Below are positions 41,401-51,320 of a stretch of 64,000 nt of DNA, piece by piece. The position numbers and the translations under genes were made by a program. The notes beneath the pieces were generated by a model. The model was not told where the DNA came from. It did no database searches and saw only the letters and a program-made list of their open reading frames with translations. Source of the stretch: Candidatus Latescibacterota bacterium (GTDB lineage: Bacteria > Latescibacterota > UBA2968 > UBA8231); assembly GCA_965261395.1 (NCBI GenBank), contig OZ253462.1:1728001-1792000 (forward strand), given 5' to 3'. Numbering within the stretch: the first letter of the stretch is position 1; each line of letters starts with the position of its first letter.

Positions 41401-41724
41401 CTACGTTGGCAGCGCAGGCAACTCCGGCACTTGGACTACCGGGGCGCTTCGGCCGGTAATGATACTGATCAGGCGCTCGCCAAGCTGAGTCGGATGCACA
41501 AAAATTCTGTGTTTAATCTCGACTAGGTTACGCTGCTCTAGCTGCTCGCAGGCCAAGATGATTTCACCTAAGCGGAAGCTGTCCAAATCTGCCGCAAGGG
41601 TTTGAAACGCTAGACCGTAGCCCTGTCTGCGGTTGGGTTCCATCCGCGGAAAGGCGGTCAGGATTTCTCGATAAATGGATGGGAGCGATTCAGCATAGCT
41701 TTTCAGTTGTTCATCGGTTACCAT
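41401..41724 (-). CDS. small hypothetical protein, winged-helix-like, in an operon with the TIR gene
   Basis: ACEQLEQRNLVEI...VHPTQLGERL resembles a wHTH wing; RBS AAGGAG; 10-bp gap to the TIR start. Confidence 0.65.
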   Translation of the reverse strand: MVTDEQLKSYAESLPSIYREILTAFPRMEPNRRQGYGLAFQTLAADLDSFRLGEIILACEQLEQRNLVEIKHRIFVHPTQLGERLISIITGRSAPVVQVPELPALPT

Positions 41725-41849
41725 ATTGCGTCTCCTTGCTACCCTCGGTGATCAAGGCCGTTTTATTCTTGTGTTCCGGTGGCACGGTGAACCTCATACC
41801 CTGAACAGTGAGTCGTCTCAATTAGAACTTGGGATTTATAGCTATGCGG

Positions 41850-43025
41850 GGCTTTGGTGCATGGATCGGTATTTTTGGGTTTCTCGGTTGAATAAAGACA
41901 GGCTCCTCAGTAGATTGGGCATGACTTTTTTGCGAAAAGACTCTATGCCTTCTCTTCCAAGGAACCTGTCCTGTCCAACGTATCGTCTGCTCCGTCTTCG
42001 GTCAAGCCCCGTCGCCGTCGCTCGAAGGTTGTGTATCGGGTGCGTAATTGGCCTGATTATGATGCGGGGCTTACCCAGCGCGGTAGCCTGACGGTGTGGT
42101 TTTCCCCCCAAGCGGTCGAAGCGTGGTATTATCAAGGGCCGCGCCAACGGGGGGCGCAATATACCTTTTCGGACGTAGCCATCCACACGGCGTTGACGTT
42201 GCGGCTTATGTATCACTTGCCGCTACGCCAAACCGAGGGGTTTGTCGCTTCCATTGTAGCCTTGATGGGCTTGGCTATACGGGTGCCGGATCATACGACC
42301 CTCTCGCGGCGTCAGGCTGACTTGACAGTAGCGTTGCCTACCCAGCCCACGGATCAACCCCGGCATTGGGTCGTTGATTCGACGGGGTTGAAGGGGTATG
42401 GCGAAGGCGAGTGGAAGGTGCGTCAGCACGGCTGGGGCAAGCGGCGCACCTGGCGCAAATTGCACCTTGGGGTCGACGAAGCCACCGGCGAGATCGTCGC
42501 CCAGACGTTGACGGCCAATCGCCCAGATGATGCCGGGCAGGTCGAGCCGTTGCTGGAGCAAGTCGCGGCCCCCATCGCGGCGGTGGGCGGGGATGGAGCC
42601 TATGATAAACGCAAGGTGTTTGAGGCGTTGGCTGCGCCGGACCGAGGGCCGCCGATCCGGCCGATCATTCCGCCGCGCAAAGACGCCAAAATCCAGCAAC
42701 ATGGCAACTGCAACGCGGAGCCGTTGCCCCGCGATGAGACGATCCGAACCATCCGTAGCCGGGGCCGTCGAACCTGGAAAAAAACCAGTGGCTATCATCG
42801 CCGATCCCTCGTCGAAACCCAGATCGGCCGCTACAAACAGAGCCTCGGCGACACCTTGCACGCCCGAACCCTATCCCACCAACAAACCGAAACACGAGTG
42901 GGATGTGCCATACTCAACCGGCTATTGCATTTGGCTAAGCCCGAGTCCTATCCGATAACCAAGGAAGTCTAAAACACACCAGACAAGGGGCAACACGGCC
43001 CCGACAGTTTTCATGCACCAAAGCC
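41850..43025 (+). mobile_element. IS5 family (IS903-like) insertion sequence; no target-site duplication
   Basis: 14-bp perfect TIRs GGCTTTGGTGCATG at 41850 and CATGCACCAAAGCC ending 43025; flanks GCTATGCGG vs GAAATGGAT differ. Confidence 0.9.
42031..42972 (+). CDS. IS5 family DDE transposase
   Basis: YRVRNWPDY..L.QRGSLTVW, VDSTGLK, RTWRKLHL, DGAYD, YHRRSLVET. Confidence 0.92.
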   Translation: MYRVRNWPDYDAGLTQRGSLTVWFSPQAVEAWYYQGPRQRGAQYTFSDVAIHTALTLRLMYHLPLRQTEGFVASIVALMGLAIRVPDHTTLSRRQADLTVALPTQPTDQPRHWVVDSTGLKGYGEGEWKVRQHGWGKRRTWRKLHLGVDEATGEIVAQTLTANRPDDAGQVEPLLEQVAAPIAAVGGDGAYDKRKVFEALAAPDRGPPIRPIIPPRKDAKIQQHGNCNAEPLPRDETIRTIRSRGRRTWKKTSGYHRRSLVETQIGRYKQSLGDTLHARTLSHQQTETRVGCAILNRLLHLAKPESYPITKEV

Positions 43026-43284
43026 GAAATGGATTGTAAAAGTGATGCAATAGCCTACGCCACTCTTGGTACGATTCGGACTCTCTAAAACCAACAGTAT
43101 GATCTTCAAGCGTCTGCCAGTTCACCAGCAGGATATAACGGTTGCCTTTTTCAATACACTTCTGTAGCTGATGGGAAACGTAGCCATCCATGCTTGATAT
43201 GATCTTTTGCGCCTCGCCAAAAGCAGCTTCAAATTCCTGCTCACGACCAGGCTTAACGTCCAGTATTGCAACCTCTAAAACCAT
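43026..43284 (-). pseudogene. antibiotic biosynthesis monooxygenase (ABM) protein truncated near its C-terminus by IS5
   Basis: MVLEVAILDVKPG...YILLVNWQTLEDHTVGFR...LLHHFYNPF, then reads into the IS TIR. Confidence 0.8.
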
Positions 43285-43331
43285 TGTTTAGTCCTGTGAT
43301 TTTGTTGAAATGATTTCAACAGAGGCGCTTG

Positions 43332-44030
43332 TTAGCTAGTTTCTGTCGGCACCATGCAACCGTAGTAAAAGAATTGTCCGGTTGTTCCAACTGAGCCATT
43401 CCAGCCAAGATCGCGTAATTGCCGTTCCAACTGAGCCGGGTCGTGGAATACCTTTACGATGTTAAAAGTCTGACCATCGTTCAGCTTTCTTTCCATTACG
43501 CCGGAATCGTCAATTTCAGCGTGATCCCGTGCGGTTGACTCTTGCGTTGCCAGACCATCGACAAAGAAAGCTCTGCCCCCCGGCTTTAGAGCGGCGCGAA
43601 CCATCTCCCAGAACCGATTGAATTGCTGCATCGGAACGTGTGACAGCCAGAAACTAAAAAAGACAAAGTCATACGTTTCGGTTGGCCACCACTCGAAAAG
43701 ATCCGCCACCACATACTGCACCGGAGCATTATCGATCTTGGTGCGATTGATCTCAATCGTCTCGGGAGAAGCATCTATGGCAGTCAGGTCAGCAGCACCT
43801 TGCGCCAGACATGCCGTCCACAATCCCGTGCCACAAGCAAGCTCAAGACACTTGCCAAACGGCCTCTCCCGCTCAAGTGCCGATCGCACCGTATCCAACT
43901 CTGCATGCCACTGGAGATTATGCTCGTCGCCCCGGTCGTATCGTCCTTGGCGTGAATGCCACTCGTCATACTCAGCAGCTCGCGCCCGGTAATAGGCGAC
44001 TTGCTCTCTCAGAATTGATCTGTCAACCAT
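43332..44030 (-). CDS. class I SAM-dependent methyltransferase
   Basis: LELACGTGLWT, AIDAS, ADLF, FWLSHVP, LKPGG. Confidence 0.88.
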   Translation of the reverse strand: MVDRSILREQVAYYRARAAEYDEWHSRQGRYDRGDEHNLQWHAELDTVRSALERERPFGKCLELACGTGLWTACLAQGAADLTAIDASPETIEINRTKIDNAPVQYVVADLFEWWPTETYDFVFFSFWLSHVPMQQFNRFWEMVRAALKPGGRAFFVDGLATQESTARDHAEIDDSGVMERKLNDGQTFNIVKVFHDPAQLERQLRDLGWNGSVGTTGQFFYYGCMVPTETS

Positions 44031-44077
44031 AGTTTGTCAGCCGATTCTTTGTCGAAGTTTAAGAATTTTCTACTCGT

Positions 44078-44848
44078 TTAGGCCTGCGCCGTCACAATGG
44101 GTTGAAAATAGCCAGACTGTTCAAGCTCATGCCAAGCGATCTTTGCAAATCCGGCCGACTCCAAGGCCGCAGTAAGCTCGTTGCGTGTTAGTGCCCTGTA
44201 GCGAGTCCTGATCTCCTTCACCCGCCAGGCACTCGCTGCCCGACTCATTCTAAAAAGCCGCAATAGATAGGTGTCTGATTCCTTGGACCAGTCCCAGATC
44301 TGAAACATTATTACTTCTTGCTCAGGTACACCCCCGCCGGGATTCATAGCTACAAACGATGGTTTTTCGGCGAGCAACCGATCGTAATCGCGAATACTGG
44401 CAACAAACAGTCCTTTGTCCGTCAGTACGTGCCGGATATTTCGGAGAGCAAGAGTTAAATCGTCGTCAGTCAAAAGGTGCGGCAGGGAATTGTCACAGCT
44501 AATCACTACATCGAATTTCTGGCTAAACGCACATTCCAACGCACGAACATCGGCAACAGCGAATCGAATGTTCAGCTCCCGCTTGACTGCTTCTGATTTT
44601 GCCCTCTCGATCGCCTCCGGGCTAAGATCGGACGCAAAAACTTCGTATCCTCGCTGCGCCAAACCAATTGCTTGGGTGCCGATTCCGCATGAACAGTCTA
44701 AGACAACCGGTACACTCGCTGAAGACTCACATCGAATCAACTGATCTAGCACGGACGATTGCCGTTCGATTGCCGATTCCCAGTCGGCGTAAACGCGATG
44801 GTACTCAGCAGCTAGATCATCGTAAAAGCGTTTGACGGACTCACTCAC
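44078..44848 (-). CDS. class I SAM-dependent methyltransferase (glycine/sarcosine N-methyltransferase-like)
   Basis: VLDCSCGIGTQ, SDLS, DNSLPHL, SIRDYD. Confidence 0.85.
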   Translation of the reverse strand: MSESVKRFYDDLAAEYHRVYADWESAIERQSSVLDQLIRCESSASVPVVLDCSCGIGTQAIGLAQRGYEVFASDLSPEAIERAKSEAVKRELNIRFAVADVRALECAFSQKFDVVISCDNSLPHLLTDDDLTLALRNIRHVLTDKGLFVASIRDYDRLLAEKPSFVAMNPGGGVPEQEVIMFQIWDWSKESDTYLLRLFRMSRAASAWRVKEIRTRYRALTRNELTAALESAGFAKIAWHELEQSGYFQPIVTAQA

Positions 44849-44890
44849 ATTGATGGCTCTCTCAACGAGTCTATGCTTCTTGACTGAACA

Positions 44891-45745
44891 CTATCTATCG
44901 TCCGATAACTCCACATAATCAATTTCCATCGGCTGCTTGAGCCGCTTCTCTATCTCCAACAGATCCGATCGGCCAGCCGGCACATCTTTCTCCATAGTCC
45001 CATCCGGATGCACCGTCACCGTGGTCGTCACCTCCATAAACGCCTTCTCTGCCCTCGTCCGCGACACCTGAATGCCGTCTTCCGAAATGGCCATGCGAGA
45101 ATGTGCAATACGTCCCTCGCCGATAACCCGAAAAAGAAGAGCTAACACGCCGGACTTTGGACGCCCTGTAATCCCCTCAATCTCATCGTAAACAGCCCAA
45201 TCCCCAAAATCCAGCAAGCGATAAGTAATCACCTGCCGATTAGTCACCTTAAAACGCGGCGTCGAAAGTGTATCCAGGTACGAATACCAGTCTGACTTGC
45301 CCGGCCCGTCCTCCCATCTGATCCGCACATTCACGGCCAATTCCGGCATCGGCCCTTCCTCCACCTCCCGGATAACCCGGTCTAGCCGATAGTCCACTTC
45401 CATATTCTGTTCGTAGCGATAGCTCAGCAGGGCGTACTGCGGAGCTGTGTCCTCCGTCCGTCCGGTCGCCGCCAAAAACGACCGGAACCAGTCCTCGTGT
45501 CCGATAAACAGTGGCAGTCCGTCTGGATCGCGCTCCCTAGCTTGCCGTGCAAGATACAACAGCACCTCCGCTTGAAACCGCGCGCCATTGGTCGTCGCCG
45601 TCGGATCGTAATCACCATAATGCTGCCGCATCGCCTCCAGCACCTCCGACCGCCCCACTACATTATACGCTCCCTCTACACCTGCCAGCGGACCGGGCAG
45701 TACCAAAAAACAGAGGACGGTTGCAATCCTCAATCTCCCGCCCAT
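44891..45745 (-). CDS. hypothetical secreted protein
   Basis: N-terminal RLRIATVLCFLVLPGPLAG signal-like segment; a paralog 3' half lies immediately upstream. Confidence 0.7.
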   Translation of the reverse strand: MGGRLRIATVLCFLVLPGPLAGVEGAYNVVGRSEVLEAMRQHYGDYDPTATTNGARFQAEVLLYLARQARERDPDGLPLFIGHEDWFRSFLAATGRTEDTAPQYALLSYRYEQNMEVDYRLDRVIREVEEGPMPELAVNVRIRWEDGPGKSDWYSYLDTLSTPRFKVTNRQVITYRLLDFGDWAVYDEIEGITGRPKSGVLALLFRVIGEGRIAHSRMAISEDGIQVSRTRAEKAFMEVTTTVTVHPDGTMEKDVPAGRSDLLEIEKRLKQPMEIDYVELSDDR

Positions 45746-45746
45746 A

Positions 45747-46132
45747 TCACCTATCGTCCGGGAACTCCACATACTCAATTTCCATTGGCTGCTTGAGCCG
45801 CCTTTCCAGTTCCAGCAGATCTGGTCGGCCAGCCGGCACATCCATCTCTATAGTCCCATCTGGATAGATCGTCACCGTGGTCATCACTTTCATATACGCC
45901 TTCTCTGCCCTCGTCCGCGACACCTGAATGCCGTCCTTTGCAATAGCTATGCGAGAATGTGTCATATGGCCCTCGCCGATGAGCCGAAAAAGAAGAGCTA
46001 ATACGCCGGACTCTGGACGCGCTGTAATCCCCTCAATCTCATCGTAAACAATCCAATCCCCAAAATCCAACAAGCGATAGGTAATCACCTGCCGATTAGT
46101 CACCCTAACAGTCGGCGTCGAAAGCGTATCTA
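45747..46132 (-). pseudogene. 3' half of a tandem paralog of 44891..45745, cut by IS630
   Basis: TNRQVITYRLLDFGDW.VYDEIEGIT...KQPMEI.YVE..DDR is near-identical in both copies; homology ends at the IS630 TA. Confidence 0.85.
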
Positions 46133-47267
46133 TAGCAATCCTAAATCATTTAAGAGATATTGCATATTGTTTCAACTTGGGGAAATGGAAGTATCTGCTC
46201 TGTCGAATTCCCTTGACGAATAGGTCTTTAATCTGTTTAAAACAGGTGGTCCATAACGCATGGGTGCGCACAAAGGTTTTGCCTTTTAACCAGAGGTCTT
46301 CGACCGGATTTTCTTGCGGTGCATACGGGGCCAATCGCGTACCGTCGATCTTCCACTCGTGGGGTGCTCGATCGGCTTGGAGCGCTTGCAGAAAATCACG
46401 CATGGCCCGTTGGTGATAATAGGAAACGCCGTCCCCAAAGATCAACAACTTTTGCCCGGGACGACGCTGTTGTAGGTAGCGTACAAAGTCCACGGTATGC
46501 TGTGAGTTGGCCTTCGGGTAGCTTTGCATGAGGAAGGTGCCCTTGACCACATCCAAGGCTCCATAATAGGTTTGTCGTTGGCGGCCATTTTCAATGGAAA
46601 CCTCAAGCCGTTGGTCTTGGCGTCCCCAAGCATAGCCACAGGCTTCGTCCCCGTGCAGGTGCGACTCATCAACGAAAAAGGCACTGACGTGGCCGGCTTC
46701 AAGATCGGCTTTATGATCGGCTAGTTTTTTTTAATGACTTCTCGCTGGTCCATCGCCTGTTGCAGATCAGCTTTCGGCCTACGGGCTTGCGTCTTTTTCC
46801 AGCTATAGCGAGCCTGCGAAAGTAGGTCGTAATAGCTTTGCGACGAGCGAAAGACCACGCCAAACTGGGTTTGGATATAGGCGGCTAACCCGGCGACCGA
46901 AGGCGGCGGTTGGGTGGCTAACCACGCGTGGATTTGTGCACATTGATCGGCCGACAAAAAAGGCTGCGACCCGGTATAAGCCAAGCGCAAACCGTCCACG
47001 CCCTCGGCCTGATAGCGTTTCTTCCACGTGCTAATGAAGCTCGACGGTACGCCGAGAATGGATTGAATCACCCGTTGTTTGAAGCCCAACTGCGTCCTGT
47101 GAACCGCTAACGCCCGTTTCAATTCCCGTGCATCGGGATTGCTGGCGATAAACGCCGTAAGAGAAGTATCCGAAGGCATAGATATGCTCCTAAAAAAGGG
47201 GGGCCATACCAAACGCAGGATAACATAGAAAAATTAAATAATGCTCTCAACTCATTCAGGATTGCTA
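46133..47267 (-). mobile_element. IS630 family insertion sequence flanked by TA
   Basis: TA|TAGCAATCCT... and ...AGGATTGCTA|TA terminal inverted repeats. Confidence 0.9.
46146..47179 (-). CDS. IS630 transposase, two ORFs joined by a -1 frameshift at A8C (46724-46732)
   Basis: HTH ORF ends ATT AAA AAA AAC TAG; the -1 frame continues KKLADH...FFVDESH...YYGALDV...DG...APYAPQENPVEDLW. Confidence 0.85.
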
Positions 47268-47277
47268 TAGGACGAAG

Positions 47278-48397
47278 TTGTTCGCAGCCGGTGAGCCGCG
47301 GCCGCCCTTTATCCTTGGTCTTGACCTTGCCGAAGGATTCTTCACGGACCTGGTGCGCCCGATGCTTGAGGCACACTCGCCGGACATGCGCTACTCGGCC
47401 GCCGTCCTCGCTGGTGGGTCGGATGTGTTGGGATTCGACACAGAGATGTCCATGGACCACGACTGGGGACCGCGGGTCATGCTCTTCCTGAAGCAGGAAG
47501 ACTTCGAGACGCGACCTCAGGCAATCCGAGCGCTTGCCATGAAGCATTTGCCCCTCACGTACAGGGGCTACCCGGTGCACATCTATACTCGCGACGTTCG
47601 GGATGCCGGGGTGCGAATGCGGCAGAGGCCGAACGATCCCGGACTCGAGCCGAGAATCGAGATCTACACGATTCACGACTTCTTCCAGAAGCAGCTCGGA
47701 GTTGACCCAGACAAGCCCTTGTCGGCGGCTGATTGGCTGACGATGACCCACCACCGGCTCCGCTCCATGATCAACGGGCGTGTCTTCCGCGACGACGTGG
47801 GAATCCAGGCTATGCGCGACCGCTTCTGCTGGTACCCGCACGACGTCTGGCTCTATGTTCTTGCTTCGTGCTGGGCTTCGGATCAACGAAGACGAAACCC
47901 TGACGGGGAGGGCGGGAAGCGTAGGCGACAATCTGGGATCGGCGGTCATCGCATGGCGCCTTATCCGCGATATGATACGTCTGGCTTTCCTGATGGAGCG
48001 CTCCTATCCGCCGTACCCGAAATGGCTCGGCTCGGCATTCGCGCAGTTACAGTGCGCCCCCGCACTCCTCCCGCTGCTGGAGCGCGTCGGAGCTGCCTCT
48101 GATTGGAGGGAACGCGACGAAACCCTTGTCGATGCTTATCGCAAGCTTGTGGAAATGCACAATGCACTGGAACTCACACCTCCGGTCCCGTGCGAACCAA
48201 TGCGTCGGTTTGAACGACCCTTTACAGTCAGCCAAGCGGGGGCCATTGCGGGAGCCCTGAGGAAGGAAATCCGAGATCCGTCTGTCCGTGCGATAGCCGA
48301 GAGGTGGATGATCGGCAGCATAGACCTCTTCAACGACAATCATATGCTGGATGATGATCCGGCACAGAGACCGCTGCTGTTGAAGCGTTATGAGTGA
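47278..48397 (+). pseudogene. DUF4037-type protein, frameshifted by an extra G at 47873-47875
   Basis: GSDVLGFDTEMSMDHDWGPR; WYPHDVWL; removing one G joins LASCW to LRINEDE...YPPYPKWLG in the second frame. Start uncertain. Confidence 0.8.
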
Positions 48398-48430
48398 TTA
48401 TGCGTACGACAAGCACGAAGAGACATAACA

Positions 48431-48487
48431 AGCGAACCATCGGCTCCAGCGGACGGCTGAGCGCCGCCGCTAAACCGCATGTTGTTT
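48431..48487 (+). repeat. attC site 1 (short type)
   Basis: AGCGAAC-catcggctccAGCGGacggctgagcgccgCCGCTaaaccgcat-GTTGTTT. Confidence 0.65.
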
Positions 48488-48536
48488 GGCTCTATTAGCT
48501 CTATTTATGTATGGAGGAGCTTAAATCCCATATCAG

Positions 48537-48627
48537 ATATCACAGCAATTCACGCTGCGTCGCTTACGCTCCTTGGGGCTCCGCCCACCCCGCATGTGCG
48601 GGGTCGTGAATTGTGAGCCCGTTAACT
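48537..48627 (+). repeat. attC site 2 (inverse core degenerate)
   Basis: CAATTCACG (48546-48554) pairs with CGTGAATTG (48605-48613); core GTTAACT at 48621. Confidence 0.7.
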
Positions 48628-48685
48628 GCAATGCGGCTCAAATGCTCAATTTGACAGCCATTCCGGCTGTAGTTGGAAGGGCGGT

Positions 48686-49615
48686 ATGGAATTGCAAGAC
48701 AAAGATGGGGACGAGGGCGACAACTTGGCCGACCCGTTCGAGGTGGCGGCAGAGGCAGCAGAAGCTCTCATGGCCTGTACGACCGCGCGAGCAGTGCTTT
48801 TGACCGGGTCCTTGGTTCAAAAAGAAAAGTCCAACTGGGACGATATCGACCTGCTTTTCTTAACAGATGAACCACGGCCAAAGTCGGAATCAGTATTGGA
48901 CGAACTTAAACAGAAATTCGGTTCAGTCCATCCGGAACCTAGCCCAGGTTCGCCAAATCGCGTCCGATGTAGGGGTTGGTGGATCCATGGCACTAAGGGC
49001 TGGTCTACTGAACTGGTCGAGCGGCTTGTTGAAGAGGCCTTGAAGGGCAACTTGATAAATGGGGGCCCAACGATCATGTGCGACACGATAGTGAGGTGTC
49101 ATCCACTAATCGATCCGACCTCGTTGGTGGCCACTTGGCGAGAGCGCCTGGCAGTCTATCCTGAAGTTCTGAGGCGCAACGTGATCGTGGAAGGCCTTTG
49201 GGAATTGGTAACTCGCGGAAGGCAGGTTCAGAGAGCCATCCTTAGGGAGGATTACCCCTTCTCTATAATGGGGCAATCTGCGATTATCGAGCGTGTACTT
49301 CAGGTTATATATGCTGTAAACAGGGCTTGGTATCCAAGTCCAAAACGGCAGAGGGAGCGCTTATTGCAACTGGGATTGCTTCCGGAAGATATTCATGTTG
49401 ATCTGGACAAGCTAGGATCGAGAGGAACGGAGAGGGCGGATCACAGATTCATTTCCGACGATCTCCGAAATGTGCTGAGCAAGGTATTCTGCTGGGTGGG
49501 CGATAATTGCAGGGACATCCCGGTCAATCTTCAATGGCTGGAGATCCTCGGCTCGAATGAGGGAACATCTGACAACCCACCCCTCCGCCCAGCTCCGGAG
49601 CCGCACAACAGTTAA
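48686..49615 (+). CDS. nucleotidyltransferase-fold/DUF4037-like cassette protein
   Basis: LLTGSL...WDDIDL (GS-x-DxD Pol-beta-type motif); IYAVNRAWYPSPKR; stop codon inside attC 3 inverse core. Confidence 0.7.
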   Translation: MELQDKDGDEGDNLADPFEVAAEAAEALMACTTARAVLLTGSLVQKEKSNWDDIDLLFLTDEPRPKSESVLDELKQKFGSVHPEPSPGSPNRVRCRGWWIHGTKGWSTELVERLVEEALKGNLINGGPTIMCDTIVRCHPLIDPTSLVATWRERLAVYPEVLRRNVIVEGLWELVTRGRQVQRAILREDYPFSIMGQSAIIERVLQVIYAVNRAWYPSPKRQRERLLQLGLLPEDIHVDLDKLGSRGTERADHRFISDDLRNVLSKVFCWVGDNCRDIPVNLQWLEILGSNEGTSDNPPLRPAPEPHNS

Positions 49616-49699
49616 CACAGCGGTTTTCGCTGCGGCGCTTGCGCGCCTTGGCCTCCGGCAACCCACTTCGTGGGTTCTCAAACCGGCAAGACGTTATCG
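49610..49699 (+). repeat. attC site 3
   Basis: AGTTAAC...CGGTTT...AAACCG...GTTATCG; internal hairpin AACCCAC/GTGGGTT. Confidence 0.8.
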
Positions 49700-49819
49700 G
49701 CAATCGCCCCAACCCCACCCGGAAAAAGCGTTAAAGCGTGCAGTAGAAAAGACGTCTATTCATTATCGTAATCACATTCGCTTATGATATTTGGGCAGGC
49801 TGAATCAATGGGTCAATGA

Positions 49820-50454
49820 ATGGAAGCAATGTTCCAGTACAAAGATGTCGTCGCTCGTCTTCAAGTAGCCTATGACGGTAGCGCAGAAGAACGCGATCAG
49901 CGTGAGAAAGCCCCGTGGAAGCTGACTGAGCGTGCAGACTTTCTCAGTCTCGTACGCACCGAGGGTAAGGTGAGTCTTCTGGAGATCGGTGCCGGGACAG
50001 GTCAGGATGGCTTGTTTTTCCAGAAAGGTGGGTTAGAAACAGTTGTGACTGATCTTTCACCGGAAATGGTTGCACGCTGCCGCGCTAAAGGTCTCGTGGC
50101 TTACCAGGCTGACTTTCTAAATTTGGGCTTTCCCCTAAGCTCTTTCGACGCAGTCCATGCAATGAATTGCCTGCTTCATGTCCCGAATGTCGATTTATCT
50201 GACGTACTGGCTGCTATCCGAAACGTCTTAGTTCCAGGCGGTCTCTTTTTTTGGGCGTGTACGGGGGTGACCCGTTTGAGGGCGAAGCGCCTAACGACTG
50301 GCACGATCCTCCTCGATTCTTTTCTTTTCGAACCGACGATCAGATGCATGGATATGTACGGGAGTATTTCGATGTCTTGGATTTCCACGTAGTCGAGCCC
50401 GATGGCGTGCACTTCCAGTCTTTCACTTTGCGAAAACCGGTGCTGACAAAATGA
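49820..50454 (+). pseudogene. class I SAM-dependent methyltransferase cassette, frameshifted in a T7 run (50246-50252)
   Basis: LLEIGAGTG, TDLSPEM, NCLLHVP; one extra T gives GGLFFLGVYGG...PRFFSF and continues to the stop at 50454. Confidence 0.8.
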
Positions 50455-50541
50455 ACAAAGCACGCTGAATCTATGGTGCACGCTCTATTGTCGCCCCGAT
50501 CTCAAGAGCTGAAAGTGACGAAACCACCCCTTCGCCACAGC

Positions 50542-50677
50542 CGATAACGGCGAGTTGCCGAGACCCAACCCAACTACAACCCAACCAAAATGGCCGCAAC
50601 CGAAGGGTTGGACTGATTGTAAGCCCCGGTCTGTCTGCTGATGTGCGGCCACATCGGCAACCCGCGGAACGTTAGCC
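50542..50677 (+). repeat. attC site 4
   Basis: CGATAAC...GTTGCCGA...TCGGCAAC...GTTAGCC. Confidence 0.82.
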
Positions 50678-50717
50678 GGCATCACCAAATACGACACGAG
50701 ATGATCTTCTAGGCAAT

Positions 50718-51311
50718 ATGCCAGAGTATTCTGAAACCGACTTGGCCGAACTCATAAGAGAGGCCAACGAGCGAGCCCATCCTGGCCGGATGGAACGGCT
50801 CAGGTTCCTACTCTCTTTCCAGGATGACGATTTCGCACCCGTCCCAGTGTTGGCCTATGAGTATTTCGAAGAGGCGAGGCTGTGTTGGCTTGTGGGTGCA
50901 TTCGTCGCATCTATTGTGATGACCCAACTAGCATTTGAGGAATTGATTCGCTCGCAATACCGGGTAGCAAAGGGAGTGGGAGGCAAGCTCGATCACGGGA
51001 AGAAGGTAGACGACGCCGGCTTTGCGGACCTAGTAAGGCAGGCCCGAGCTGATGCTTCGTTGACTCCGTCGGAAAGCGAAGATCTTGACCGATTGCGAAA
51101 ACTGTATCGAAATCCTTACGTTCACCCCAAAGACACTTCGAAGAACAAAACTGTTAAGAATGACTTTGTCCAACAGGCGATGAAGATCCAAGCACCCCAG
51201 CTTGGTCAAGGTGACGTCTCGGAAGAGGCAAAAGATGCGATCGGATTACTTCAAAGGATGTTCTTTCCACTTGCTCGTCGATTATGGGGCGTGGACTCTT
51301 CCGGAACATGA
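50718..51311 (+). CDS. hypothetical cassette protein with HEPN/DUF4145-like Rx4H motif
   Basis: YFEEARLCWLVGAFVASIVM.QLAFEE helix pattern and RNPYVH. Confidence 0.6.
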   Translation: MPEYSETDLAELIREANERAHPGRMERLRFLLSFQDDDFAPVPVLAYEYFEEARLCWLVGAFVASIVMTQLAFEELIRSQYRVAKGVGGKLDHGKKVDDAGFADLVRQARADASLTPSESEDLDRLRKLYRNPYVHPKDTSKNKTVKNDFVQQAMKIQAPQLGQGDVSEEAKDAIGLLQRMFFPLARRLWGVDSSGT

Positions 51312-51320
51312 GGCGACGCC

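Noticed and set aside
46442-46702. Third IS630 ORF implying a second frameshift
   Set aside because: The -1 frame after the A8 run is continuous through the DDE domain; this ORF is a shadow
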